A DNA stretch of 64,000 nt from Octopus sinensis (lineage: Eukaryota): assembly GCF_006345805.1 (NCBI RefSeq), contig NW_021831847.1, positions 1-64,000 on the forward strand. Reading direction: 5' to 3'. Made by a program: the position numbers and the translations under genes. Shown here in pieces: positions 11,426 to 28,198 of the stretch; the first letter of the stretch is position 1; each line of letters starts with the position of its first letter. A model generated the notes under the pieces. The model made no database searches. It had not been told where the DNA came from and worked only from the letters and a program-made list of their open reading frames with translations.

Positions 11426-12092
11426 CCCCGGACTGCCCGACATGCAGGAATCTATTAAGCGACGCACAGCCTGGGCCGGTCCCTCCCAAAGATCCCGAAG
11501 TGCTGCGCATGGTAGCGAAATTACCGATTCATTTATATTTTTGATATTGTACTTTCGGGATATGAATTCTACTATAGTGGCCATATGATTTTTCTTTGAA
11601 TTGACGACCCGTAGAATTTCCTCTCTTCTTAGGCAGTAATCGGCTTTATGCTCCAAGTCATGATAAAATTGGAATAGCATTCGTTCAGATTTGTTACTGA
11701 CACACTCAAGACCACTTCCAAGTTTATTTCTTGGTAAATAAAGTCTTTCTTTGTTTGCCGGTCGCATGTGAATATGGCTCTCCGTAAGAATTCTGCGGAC
11801 ATTTTTGTCAATTTGTTCAAATTCCCCTGCTCGATATCAATCAATCCAGTATAGTAGTTATATATTGAGAGTGAAAATTCGTTTATAACCTTGAATAAAT
11901 TCAGAGTTTAATTCCGTTTTCGTAAAATTCTTAATCCGCGTAGATGCCTCATCATAAATTTTCTCCATAATTTCTTTTTTAAGGACATTTCTGTTCTTAT
12001 CTTCAAGAACTCCTAGGTATCGGTATCCGTTTAGTCCAGGGTTTCTTAACTGGGGGTACATGTGCCTAGTGGGTACGCGAGAAGATCCAGGG

Positions 12093-14186
12093 CAGGGGTG
12101 GCCAACCTTTTTCACCGGCGAGCTACTTTTCATTTTGCGATTTTTTGGAGATCGACTTATATATTTTAATATCAAAAATTTTATTTTACAATTAAAAATT
12201 AATGCGATTTTTGGCATTGTAATTCACTTGCGATTATTTCAAATTCTGGCTCGTATAAGCTTATTGCTATTCTCATGCAATCCCCAAGATGGTCATCCGT
12301 TAAACGTGTCCTGTATTGAGATTTTATCATTTTCATACTTGAAAATGATGTTTCGGATAAATATGTGCTTCCAAAGCATGAAAGAATTCGTTGATACGAA
12401 TCAATCAAAATTGGATATTTTTCCTGAGACATAAATTTCCACATGTTGACATTTGAATGTAATTTTAAAGTGATGTCATTTTTTAGATTTATAATTTCTA
12501 TTTGACTTTTTCTTCGATCAACGTCAAAAATCTTGCTAAATTCTTCTGAAATATTTTCGATGTCTACATCCATGAACGGAGAAACAAAGAAACTGCATAA
12601 TATAGTAATTTTCTTGAAATCGCTAAATCTGTTATTAAACTCGTTCATTATTTTTTCTAGTACCATAGCAAATTCATTGACATAATGATTTTTATTCACA
12701 AGTTGTTTTGTGAATTCATCTTCAATGTTAGGAAAATGGGTAAAATTTTCTTTTCTAATTTGAGATATCCATAATTCCAACTTCATTATGAAAGCATTTA
12801 TTGAACTGATCATATCGATAATATATCTATTCTTTCCCTGTAATTCTAAATTGAGTTCATTCAGTTTGCTGGTAATATCGGTAAAAAATGCCAAGTTTAT
12901 TAGCCAATCAGGATTTTCAAGAAAATGCCAATTCTTGTTGTTTTCTTTAGAAAATTCTTTAATGTATGATAATAATTCTCTGAAACGACTGAGAATTAAT
13001 CCCTTGCTTAACCATCTTATGTCACAATGTAAAGGTAGATCGCCATAGATTGCATCGACTTGTTCTAGAAAAAGTCGAAATAATCTTCTTTGTAGGGGCT
13101 TGGCTCGGATGGAATTAATAATTTTAACTGTTGTCTCCATAACATAGTTGAAATTTAACATTTTCCCACATAATGCATGTTGGTGAATGATGCAATGATA
13201 TGATAAAAATTTCGGAAAATGTTCATCTTTCCGACAAAATGCAATAAATCCATTTTGATTCCCAATCATTGCAGGGGCTCCATCTGTTGTTATGGATACA
13301 AGTTTCTTCATTAACGGTAATAATTCGAATGATAACAAAAACGTTTTGAAAGAATTATAAATATTTTCACCAGTTGTTCTTTCTTTCATAGGTATAATAG
13401 CAAATAACTCTTCCTTGACAGTTAGATCATGGAAGATTAAACGGGAAAATACACATAGTTGGGCGATATCAATAGCATCGTTTGATTCGTCAAACTGTAG
13501 AGAAAAACACGAACATGCGTAAAGATCCTTTTTTAACTGCGAAAGAAGATTTTCAGAAATGCTTTCAGCCCTTCTGACAATTGACTGTTTTGAGAGCTGA
13601 AGCTCTTTGATGCAATTTGAAATTTCCTGTTTATTTTTCATACCATCAAATAGTGAATCGGCAGCTTCCAAAAAACAAGATTTTAAAATTTCCCCATCAG
13701 TAAAAGGTTTTTTGTGTTTTACGAGGAGACGAGTCACTCGCAATGATGCAATTGTTGCAGATCTGGACGAATTAATAAACTTTTTCAAAATTGTATGTTG
13801 TGAAAAAAAAGATTTTTTTAATTGTTCAACTTTCTCTTCCCGTAATAAGGAATTTAAAGGAAAGTGTTTGTTGAACTCGGGATGTAAAGAATTAAAATGC
13901 CGACAAAGATTTCCCCTTTTTGGTAATGAAATGATTTTATTGCATAGCATACATGTGCATTTTTCCATGTGCATCGTAAAAATATAGTCTTTTTCCCATT
14001 TGGCATTAAATTTATATGATTTGGACTTTTTGTTACACCTCATAACAAGACACGTGAAAAATACTTACTTTAATATTGATAAATATTTTTTTTATAATAA
14101 TTTAAATACAAAAAAAATAATTAGCAATTTATATATCGAGCGATCGACCACGAAACATGCCGCGATCGACCGGTTGGCCACCCCTG
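12093..14186 (-). mobile_element. Intact autonomous hAT transposon (2094 bp)
   Basis: Perfect 15-bp TIRs CAGGGGTGGCCAACC and perfect 8-bp TSD ATCCAGGG (12085-12092, 14187-14194). Confidence 0.95.
12199..14043 (-). CDS. hAT transposase, GTF2IRD2/EPM2AIP1-like (614 aa)
   Basis: BED finger CMLC...RHFNSLH, catalytic FDES, TTDGAPAM and TYLSE, plus HCIIH, RWLS and a C-terminal dimerisation region; uninterrupted ORF. Confidence 0.95.
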   Translation of the reverse strand: MRCNKKSKSYKFNAKWEKDYIFTMHMEKCTCMLCNKIISLPKRGNLCRHFNSLHPEFNKHFPLNSLLREEKVEQLKKSFFSQHTILKKFINSSRSATIASLRVTRLLVKHKKPFTDGEILKSCFLEAADSLFDGMKNKQEISNCIKELQLSKQSIVRRAESISENLLSQLKKDLYACSCFSLQFDESNDAIDIAQLCVFSRLIFHDLTVKEELFAIIPMKERTTGENIYNSFKTFLLSFELLPLMKKLVSITTDGAPAMIGNQNGFIAFCRKDEHFPKFLSYHCIIHQHALCGKMLNFNYVMETTVKIINSIRAKPLQRRLFRLFLEQVDAIYGDLPLHCDIRWLSKGLILSRFRELLSYIKEFSKENNKNWHFLENPDWLINLAFFTDITSKLNELNLELQGKNRYIIDMISSINAFIMKLELWISQIRKENFTHFPNIEDEFTKQLVNKNHYVNEFAMVLEKIMNEFNNRFSDFKKITILCSFFVSPFMDVDIENISEEFSKIFDVDRRKSQIEIINLKNDITLKLHSNVNMWKFMSQEKYPILIDSYQRILSCFGSTYLSETSFSSMKMIKSQYRTRLTDDHLGDCMRIAISLYEPEFEIIASELQCQKSH

Positions 14187-16288
14187 ATCCAGGGGGTACG
14201 CGAAACAATTTTTGTGATTATTCAGATATGTTTCAATTCTTGCACACTTATGGAATTTTGAAGTAAAATGATTCCAAAGTATTCGTTATTGACTATGGTT
14301 AGTATGCAATATTTAATTCCTTATCCAACAACATATTACTAAAAATAAATCTCGTAATCGATTAAAAGTTGGAGATGATATGCGAATCGCTCTTAGCAAC
14401 ATGGATTCGAATATTAGAAAACTTGTTGCAGAAAAGCAACAACAAATATCTCGCTAGAATTAAATCTTTTACACTTTTTCGGCATAAAATATTTTATTGA
14501 TTTTTTAGTTAGAAAATAATTTATATTTTATAATTAAATCATTTATCTCAAAAAAAGATGTGTAAAAATTTAAGAATCGATAGGGGGTACACGGGATCCA
14601 TTTTTAACCCCAAGGGGTATAATTTATCAAAAATTTGAAAAAGGTTAAAAACCGCTGGTCTAGTCCATCAAGCAAACGGGCTTTATCAGACAAAGACTTC
14701 ACATTTGTCGCAGATTATCAAAATTTCTTTCAAATCCAGCTGCATCGAAGAATGATTCGACTTCTTCCAGCATTTTTTCCATTTTATCACTTTGATAAGA
14801 AAGCAATTTAATATCATCCATAAATAAAAGGTGATTTGTTACATAAACAAGCTGACCGTGTCTCCAATTCCCCATTGTTACTTTCGGGTATTTTCCATTT
14901 AACATTCGATCCAAAGGGTCCAATACCAACACAAAGATCTGTGGCGACAAAGAGTCTCCTTGTAAAATTCCTCTTCTTATTTTTAAAAAATTTTTGTTAA
15001 AAAAATTCTAGACTCCGTCACACCCGCATGCTTTCCAATTAGGAAGCATCTTGATAATATTAATAATTGCCTCATCCGTAAATTCTGCACGAATATTCTC
15101 TGATCCAGTCACTTTGGTGACCAGAAAATTGCTATTCTTGGATTCATGTTGATCCCAGATTTTGCTCCAGAAAGGGAGGCATTCCTCCTCATTGAAATTA
15201 ATTATCTTTCTCTTATTATCTCCACTGATGTTTCTATAGAACCTTCTCCTGTTCAATTCAAAAGACCAGTTGGCTTTTCGGAACCCCTTCCTTGATTCAT
15301 AGACTCGCAATTTTTTCTCTACAATTTTTATTCCATCTCGGATTAAGAAAGCAATTCTTTCGAATTCTCCCCTCTTCGATTTTTTAAATCCATATGAGCA
15401 CAAAGTATTACGCGTTTCTTCATCAAATTGCTTTTTTTCTTTCATTTCACTAGCAGTTTTGATTTGTTCAAGCTGCTGTTTTAGTTTAATGAGTTTGCTC
15501 TTCATTGATTCTTCCCAATTACTCTTAGTTCTAATTTTCTTGGTAAGGCTCTCATATGTGCACTGTCCTGCATAGATGATATCAGTAATATCGTTGATAT
15601 TTAAATTGTGCACAGAATCAATATATTCTTTAATTGAAGCATTGATCCCATTTATAATTTCCTTCTTAAGCAATTGTCTTGGGATTTTTCTAGTCGTGTT
15701 ACGGAGGTTCCTTCCCGTTATACGTATTTTCTCAATTTGGGAACAAAACTTTTCAAAACAATTCTCAAAATTGGAAATCTCAGCCTTCTGGGACTCCTCC
15801 ATAGGTAGACCACAAAGTGGTTCACTCGATTTGACAGAAAGCAGTCTCCTGACATTGACAACAGATTTCGCTGTCTCGAATTTGGAGTTAAGAGCATTTG
15901 TAATGAGAGACCACCCACCGCGGGGAATCCTGCCGAATCTGGATCTTGCGGACTCAACGACCTTCGTATAGATAAATTTTCAAAATCCAAATTTGTAGAT
16001 TTTCGGTACATTTTGCGTACATATTATATTCGAGTTTATTTAGTAGGTTAATCTTACCGATTTCATCAGTTTCAATTTCATCATAAAATATTTTGTCCTC
16101 TTCTCGATTGAATAATTGTTTGTTTTCCACAATTCGTTAAGTAACATCCTCAAGTCCTCATCCGTCAGTCTACTTTCAAAATGCACCAAATCATTTCCTT
16201 TCTGATTAAATTTTGGCCCGAAAATTTATTATAATTGTTTCTTCAAATTGAATATAGCCAACAATTGCAACTACGCGAGATCTAAAAA

Positions 16289-16355
16289 GGTTGACTCAGG
16301 GGATTAGAACTCGGATTCTTAAAATAGTAATATCAGAGTAGGGTTACATGAAACC
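16289..16355 (-). pseudogene. tRNA-Gln-like pseudogene or SINE-head remnant
   Basis: Minus strand GGTTTCATG...ACTCTG...ATCCGAGTTCTAATCC...AACC followed at once by TTTTT. B-box-like motif present; A-box and cloverleaf degenerate. Confidence 0.35.
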
Positions 16356-16399
16356 AAGTTTGTTTTATACATTTAAATAAATTATAGTTGTTTGATGAG

Positions 16400-16930
16400 A
16401 CAGGCCCGTAGCAACAGATAAAAACCGAACAAAAGTCACGTGATCCCCATGTACACAACCAGGGTTCGTTTCCTCGGTCGGTGATCTTCCCACGAGCCCA
16501 CACAAGATCGTACCGGGTATTGGCAAACATAGTTCTGCTTAATCAGGTCTTCCAGCGAGGCCGGTCCGGAGCGTTTGTTATCAACGTTCGGTTAATCTGT
16601 GAGCCTTTTGTGGGCCTCTTCGATTCGTTTCCTGTTGTACCACGATAACCGCGGTCCCATGATGAGTAAACGTAGGACGCTTCAAATTATTACCGGGTGG
16701 GAACCGTTTTTCCATAAACCGGATAGGCTCCTGACCACATTGTTTTTTTCTCACATCTACAGAGTAAGGAGGATCTCTCTCAGTTGGCCTTCAAGGTAAC
16801 CCTTCTCCTTCGTCCAGGACTTAATCCCAAAATACTTCAAAAATCTGGAACAAGAAAAGGTCGCCATCTGTTTACTAAAAAGACGAAAATAACAGAACAT
16901 TCCAAGATAGGAGATTACCCTCCCAACGAC
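16400..16930 (-). mobile_element. Probable Ty3/gypsy pol remnant
   Basis: VISYLGMFCYFRLFSKQMA resembles the gypsy RT thumb motif (SFLG..YYRRF); many stops. Confidence 0.4.
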
Positions 16931-17183
16931 TACGGCCGGGGTTTATAATCGGTGGCTTAAATAACCGGGGAATGGAAGGATACTAACAGTGGGACAAGGA
17001 AAACTTAATTAGCTTATGATTTCCGTTACTTCTTAAATATTAAATTAGCTGCGGTTAAATTGACAATTTAATGACTAATTTGGAAGTTATATTATTTCCT
17101 AAAGCTAACTAATTAAATCAAGTCACTATAAAATAGATATTTTAATCAGTTTTATTTATTGAGGCTTTTTCTTGTGGTGCATA

Positions 17184-17923
<740 letters not shown>

Positions 17924-17974
17924 TAATTTATTTCGTTTAATATTCATTCAGGTTTAACATATGGATCATTATTT

Positions 17975-18463
17975 ATGGGACTAAGTTGTGAAAGTAGGTT
18001 TTGTTCATGCGGTTGGAATGTGACACTCATTTTTAATTGGGTCATCACATTCGGCTAATACTTTTCGATTTCTCACATTTCGTCTTTCATATTTAGTGAA
18101 GGAAGAAGCACGTAACACCCCAAGGGCGGCATGTTTGACATCCCTGCTTTGGATGAAGGCCATCGATTGCTACCCCCATTGTAAGAAGAAATGAGGATCT
18201 CCTCCGTAGATACCTTCACATCCAGTGTGGATTCTGTAAAATGGAACGACCACGCATTCGTCGGAGTCGACGGGTGTTGGCTATTTAAATAGGTCTGAAA
18301 TCGCCTACTTATAAAGGCTCACGAGGCAGCTTTTGCCATTGAGGTGATATCATTTTACTTGCTTTGCGTCACCAGAATATTACAATTCTAGCATGGCTTT
18401 CCAATTGCTATTCCTTATCAGGATTTGTCTGCATTGCAAATATATTTAAAGCAGATTAGATAA
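17975..18463 (+). other. Possible small spliced gene of unknown function
   Basis: Coding-like composition and GT-AG micro-intron candidates; strand and frame not resolved. Confidence 0.2.
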
Positions 18464-18915
18464 TTATTCTTGGAGTGTTATTTCCTTGATTTGGAATTCA
18501 ATTTTGAGTTTGATTTTCCTGATTGCTAACTCGATTTCATGTTGGATTGACTTGAAGTAATGTCGGCACACATCTCTCACCACCAGGGCAATATCCTTAA
18601 TCATTAGACCACTACCAGACTTGACGGATTGAGTGTTTGTCCACACTTTTTATACGTTGAATAATCGTTTCCAACCTGCTGGCCATTTCTGTCTTCATGT
18701 CTTCACATTGGGTCTCCAATTCGTTCAATTTGGCAGTGAACTCTGATCGAATCTTGACTAGCTCGTTTTCGTACTTCCATTTCTGGAGTGTGATGGCCTG
18801 TGAGAGGGGAGGGATAGTCCTCACTGTCTCAATCAAGAGTTGGACGGATATCGTTTGTTGCTCCTTCTCCTTAGAACAAACATATTCCACCAAATTTCGA
18901 ATCATAGACTACCAT
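18464..18915 (-). CDS. Hypothetical coiled-coil protein
   Basis: Two ORF pieces join in frame across a 25-nt GT-AG intron (KHSIRQ|DIALVV); heptad-like LNELETQCEDMKTEMASRLE. Confidence 0.55.
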
Positions 18916-18940
18916 GGATACATTTTTATTTTGAAAACAC

Positions 18941-19428
18941 TTAGTAAGGAGAAAATTCAAGAGCCTTGATGAGTTTGTTTGCATTCCTAACTCGTCTAAA
19001 CGCCTGGATGATGTGAGTCGGGCGAATTGGGCCATCCGTCCCCGCCTTCTCACGCACGTCGAGGGCTGGAACAACGAAATAGACCAACCTTCCTCGACGA
19101 TTTCCCCCACAAACAACTTTGTGATCCCGGAGAGGGCGATTATTATATTCTGAGTGGGCATTGTCCCCAAGATCTTACTGACCACCTGAGGATGGCCTGA
19201 GTTGGATACCTTTTTAATGGAAGAGCGGAGGAATGTGGCTCTTCGATATTGCTCATATCGATCAAGTTGTTCTTCACTGAAATGTGCAATGAGACACCTA
19301 ATTGTAGGCTTGTGTAAATACTGCAGTTTGGTGTCATCGGAAATTGAATTCATGTCCACTTGGGTGGGTTCGTTGGGGTGTTCTGTTGTTTCAGAGTTGG
19401 ATTGTTTGTAGGATGGAGATAAACTCAT
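18941..19428 (-). CDS. TAF11: TFIID subunit 11 (histone fold), 3 micro-introns
   Basis: FSEEQLDRYEQYRR, IIIALSGITKLFVGEIVEE|ALDVREK...PIRPTHIIQAFRR after splicing. Confidence 0.9.
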
Positions 19429-19549
19429 ATAGGACACCACATCAACTATATACGAATTTATTTATTAAAATGATTTTTAATCTTGAATATATATTAAAAA
19501 TATACAAACAGAACTGCATCATTGACTAGAAGAGGAACCATGGATGATC

Positions 19550-19740
19550 ATTCATCACATTGCAAATGCACTGGGATTTGTGATAATGAAATTGAAATCA
19601 GTGATTCCCCGTTTTTGGAGCATAAATGATCGGATTTGGGTATTTCTGATTAGCAAGACCAACCCATCTAAAGCTTGTTCGTATCCCAAAACGTATCCCA
19701 CAGTGGAGGGATTAAAAAAGACCCTGCTGAGATAGACTTG
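19550..19740 (+). mobile_element. Possible Tc1/mariner (maT-like) transposase C-terminal remnant
   Basis: SKACSYPKTYPTVEGLKKTLLR resembles the maT C-terminus. Confidence 0.3.
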
Positions 19741-20049
19741 TCTGTCTACCAGATTGATTACATGATCTTTCGACCTAAAGACGAGCATTTTTCATTGACG
19801 CAAAATCGACAATGATAAACATCAGGCACAAAATAATACCAAAGGGGCACATGTTATTCACAGGCGAAAAAAAGTCAAATTTCATTACAACAAACGAAGG
19901 ATAATTACAGGAAATTCCTTGATACGTATCTGAGAAGTTTAGAAACAAGTCAATCAATAAAAGTCACTGTCATTATCTTTAGAAGCTGGTATTCCTTAAC
20001 TAGGGATGATCTTCTTATGTCATTGGATTATCGCAAGTCTATTTACAAA

Positions 20050-20700
20050 GGATATGAACAGTAAATCATATATTTTGACTGGAATGTTATCAATGAGGAG
20101 AGATTGTTAAAGCAGAGGAAGATTGTGTTTGATTTCACGTCCATCCAAGCCCTGCCAATCCACGGAATAGGATCCAAGATAGAAATTTTTGCAAGTGGTG
20201 TCGCATTGGTTTCTGTGTCCATTTGACAAGAAGTGAATCAATCACCAGTAGTCTCTGTACCTTTCTTTGAATGACCGAATAATTCCTTGATCCAGTGGCT
20301 GTAGGCCATTTGTTGCGTTAACTTGAAGAAATTTGGAATATTTTACGTTTGCATTATCCAAAATAAGAAAATTAAGAACAAGCAGTACAATAAGATTGTT
20401 TTGACTTGTTTAATTTATTGTGATAATTATCTCTAATCGAAAAGGGCACAATAGAATAGTCCGGTTTTGTCGCAGTTAAATATATTCTCTTATCGATATC
20501 TCTCAATTAGGAAAGGTAAACGTTTCATTCAGCCAGAAACAACATCACTGTCGACATCGTCTTTTCCCCATTGATACAGTACGACTGGATTGAGTAACCT
20601 AGTTTCTCTTTGCTTAAACCCCTTTCGTTTCACGTTGAAAACTTGTGCGATTCTGTGTGATGAAGGTTTGAGATTTGATGTTTAAGAATGACTTTGTAAT
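20050..20700 (-). mobile_element. Degenerate Tigger/pogo DDE_1 fragment
   Basis: ILDNA, LQPLDQGIIRSFKERYR and ISILDPIPWIGRAWMDV on the minus strand. Confidence 0.75.
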
Positions 20701-21499
20701 CAATTAGGTAGTAGGAGAGTTTACTTACAAGATTTTCTTGGCAATTAGATAGAGGGTAGATCCCCAGATCTTTCCCCATACGCAGCTTTCATAAGTTTTT
20801 AATGAAATAACTACAAACCATAATCAAAATTTTACAGTCCGTATAAATAGTCTCACATTCGTTGACTTTGAACTCACAGTCTAATCATTTATACAAACTA
20901 TAGTAAATGAAGAAGAATCAACCAATAATTAAGCAGTTGTTTCATTTACTCTCCTGTATATAATGCACAAATAAAGTCTCCTACAACATGATCATTGACA
21001 TTATTTGGTGTCCTTGTTGTTCAGAACATAGCATCCCGACAGCGTAATCGCAACCCTGCTTATACCTTGCGAGCAAGAAGAAAGGGTTCTAGGAAACTTC
21101 TTCTGTGCATTCAAAGACATTGATTGGACCGGTGTTTGAAACTTCAAAATAAATTTTCCTTTAGGACAGTTACTTCCTTGACTGATTACGTCTCGACATT
21201 TTTCATCTTTGTATTCTAGTAAGAAAGTTGACTCCTCTGAGACGTCAACTGACACTCCCAGTTCTTCTTTAGCGATAAGACTATTTGTTTTTTTGCAATA
21301 TGTTGTTTTTCAACCTTTCTGCTATTTATGTGTTCTGCAACTATTCCTCCAACGTTTTATTGTCACTACTCAACTCATGTCAATGTGACAATAACTATCG
21401 TGACTTTTGCTGTATGAATCTGTCCTTACCGTAACTTCAGGAGAGGCCGACTGGCTTTAGAGTAGAAGGGGAACTTTCCGACTCCAGAACTAATTCTTC

Positions 21500-22550
21500 A
21501 TGAAGTCGTTTATTTTTTGGGTTATTTTTCTGACATATATTTGTGCAAACTTTAAAATTCAAATCAAAGTTAATAAAAAAAGAAAAAATTTAACTAGTTT
21601 ATATTTATATGACACAAAAAGTAATCAGCGATGGGAAGAGTTCACTAAAAAATTTGGTTGGCACTTAAAATATACAATTTTTAGCGACAAAAATACAATC
21701 AGACAGATAATTTGGCTTTGATTGATAGACACAATTTGGAATTTAAAAGAAATGCCATGTCCTTCCAACTAGAAATAAACTCGTTCGGAGATATGGTTGT
21801 TTTGTGTTAAAAATATTCCCAGACTGAGAATGAACTTCCAAAGCTACACAAATTAAATTATTTCGACACAAGTGACTACGGAACATCTTTTTTTCTCAGA
21901 AAATAAAAGAGATTTTGAGGAAAACTATGACATTCCATTATCTTTTGACTGGAAAGATAAAAATGTAGTTACAAATGTAAAAAAATTAGGATAATTGTGG
22001 ATCATGTTAGCGCGGTTTGTAAATAAATAATTACTCTCCAGATTGCCAGTCTAGAAGGTCAATATGCGATTAAGCATGACAAGTTGGTTAGTTTTAGTGA
22101 ACAAAACGTGCTTGATTGCTGTGAGCATTGTCGATGTAAAAGCGGATCCCCGTATTACGCTTATGAATATATCATTCAAAATGGGGGAATCAGCACAACT
22201 GAACAGTACCCTTATCTTGAAATGGTTTATGAAACTGTACTTTGTAATAGAAAAAAGAACGCAGGTATAAAAACAATCCAATAGTAGTCACAGATTATGT
22301 CAATACTTACCATTTTTTGGCATTAAGAACTTTACTGAAAATTGGTCCTATTGGGATTACAATATATTTATATTCGTATTCAGGAGGTATAATTTTGTAG
22401 CATTATTTTTGATGATCCAGGATGCAACAGCGTACATGCAGCGTGTCTCGTTGGATATGGGGTAGATAATGGAAAAGAATACTGGCTCATAAAAAACAGG
22501 CATCGAAATTAAATATAAAAATAGTTGGGTTCGTGCTTGGGGGAAGTTTG
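21500..22550 (+). pseudogene. Cathepsin L-like papain protease pseudogene
   Basis: Signal peptide, FDWKDKNVVTNVK, (Q>stop)DNCGSC(W>stop), SEQNVLDC, YAYEYIIQNGGI and HAACLVGYG..EYWLIKN; stops and deletions. Confidence 0.85.
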
Positions 22551-22700
22551 CTGCAGGAACCAGTCCTGAAATTCGTTAGAAAATTTTCAGAAACAGGTTT
22601 AAGATCATTTTCTGACACAAAGTTTGTGTCATCTGCATATATAATTTCACTTAAATTAATTCTCCAGAAATAGTTTTGAGAGCTTTCAGTAAAGCCTCGA
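22550..22700 (-). mobile_element. Short non-LTR RT fragment
   Basis: EIIYADDTNFVS on the minus strand. Confidence 0.5.
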
Positions 22701-22881
22701 AATTACTCTTGACACGTGGCATCTGTGGGGTCAAACGGCATTTTTGGTAGAGCGACCCCTTCTGAATCCACTCTGTCCCGGCTACAAGAAATCTAAACAT
22801 GGAATTGTAAAAAAATAAATAATTTATTTAAAGCTAAATACTTAACATATTTTAGTAATAAAATACAAAAGTCCGTAGTTA

Positions 22882-27405
<4,524 letters not shown>

Positions 27406-27690
27406 GCTTCTCTAATGTCCTCACTTCCCATAGATGATGATTTCATTCTTTTTTATTTTCGATTTGTCTGTCAATAGGCCAGTTTCTAAAATACGGGCGA
27501 CCTATTATAATTCAGGGACTGCAAGCAATTCATCAGGGAATATTAATAGATTAGTCATTATTGTTTTTAGGGGTCATATTTTTGTTGGTAATTATAATTT
27601 TTATTTGTGAATTGGTTGATTAAATATATTATTAAATTTAAACCGGGATTGATACTTTCTTGTTTGTTATTGTGTTTTAGTGGGTTTTTA

Positions 27691-28198
27691 ATGAATTCCA
27701 TCACAATTCCTGTTCTCTACCCCGACGGATCAACAAAAAAACTGACGATAGCGGAAAAGTGACATTTACTGATAATTTTAGTCAGTTCATTTCAGATCTT
27801 TTAGAACTGGCCTGCAGTTTGGGCTCACTCGAACGGAAGAATCTGAAATTCAACCTTTCCCTCACCCAAATTTCAAACATAGATTCTACGTCGCAGCATC
27901 CCCCTTTAAACAACGGCCATGAACCAAAAAAGAAGAACAAGAAATGGGTGGGGAGTGTTATGATCAACGACAGTGTGGCTTGATGGGCAAACTGAATGTT
28001 TCGAGGAAGAAGAAAGTGAGACAGGAGGAGAACGAGCCCCCGATGGTGTCCACCCAGTCGTTCGTGGAGACTCCGAATCCGTGCGATGACAAGTCGGTTG
28101 GTCTCGACGATGAGTCTGCGAAGCCCCGTCCGTCCTGTGATGAGCATCTTTTGAAGTTCTTTGCGCCAAAGCCGTACTCTTTGAAGAAAGGAGTTTGA
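27691..28198 (+). CDS. Hypothetical protein of about 150 aa with a possible ubiquitin-like (RA/FERM-F0-like) N-terminus
   Basis: Two GT-AG introns (23 and 26 nt) give a continuous frame: IPVLYPDGSTKKLTIAENQFISDLL, then basic NLS-like segments. Confidence 0.55.

Larger units (their letters stand above)
12037..14657 (+). mobile_element. Non-autonomous Charlie/Buster hAT (about 520 bp without its insert)
   Basis: Imperfect TIRs CAGGGTTTCTTAAC / CAGCGGTTTTTAAC; 8-bp TSD GTTTAGTC/GTCTAGTC; transposase C-terminal remnant KNKSRNRLKVGDDMRIALS near 14340-14455. Confidence 0.85.
11490..16250 (-). mobile_element. R4/Dong-like non-LTR retrotransposon, decayed and interrupted by nested hATs
   Basis: GRIPRGGW N-terminus, LPNWKACGCDGV, GIxQGDSLSP, HLLFMDDIKL and ERLYLPR. 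Removing 12037-14657 plus one TSD restores LDGLNGYRYLGVLEDK. Confidence 0.85.
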
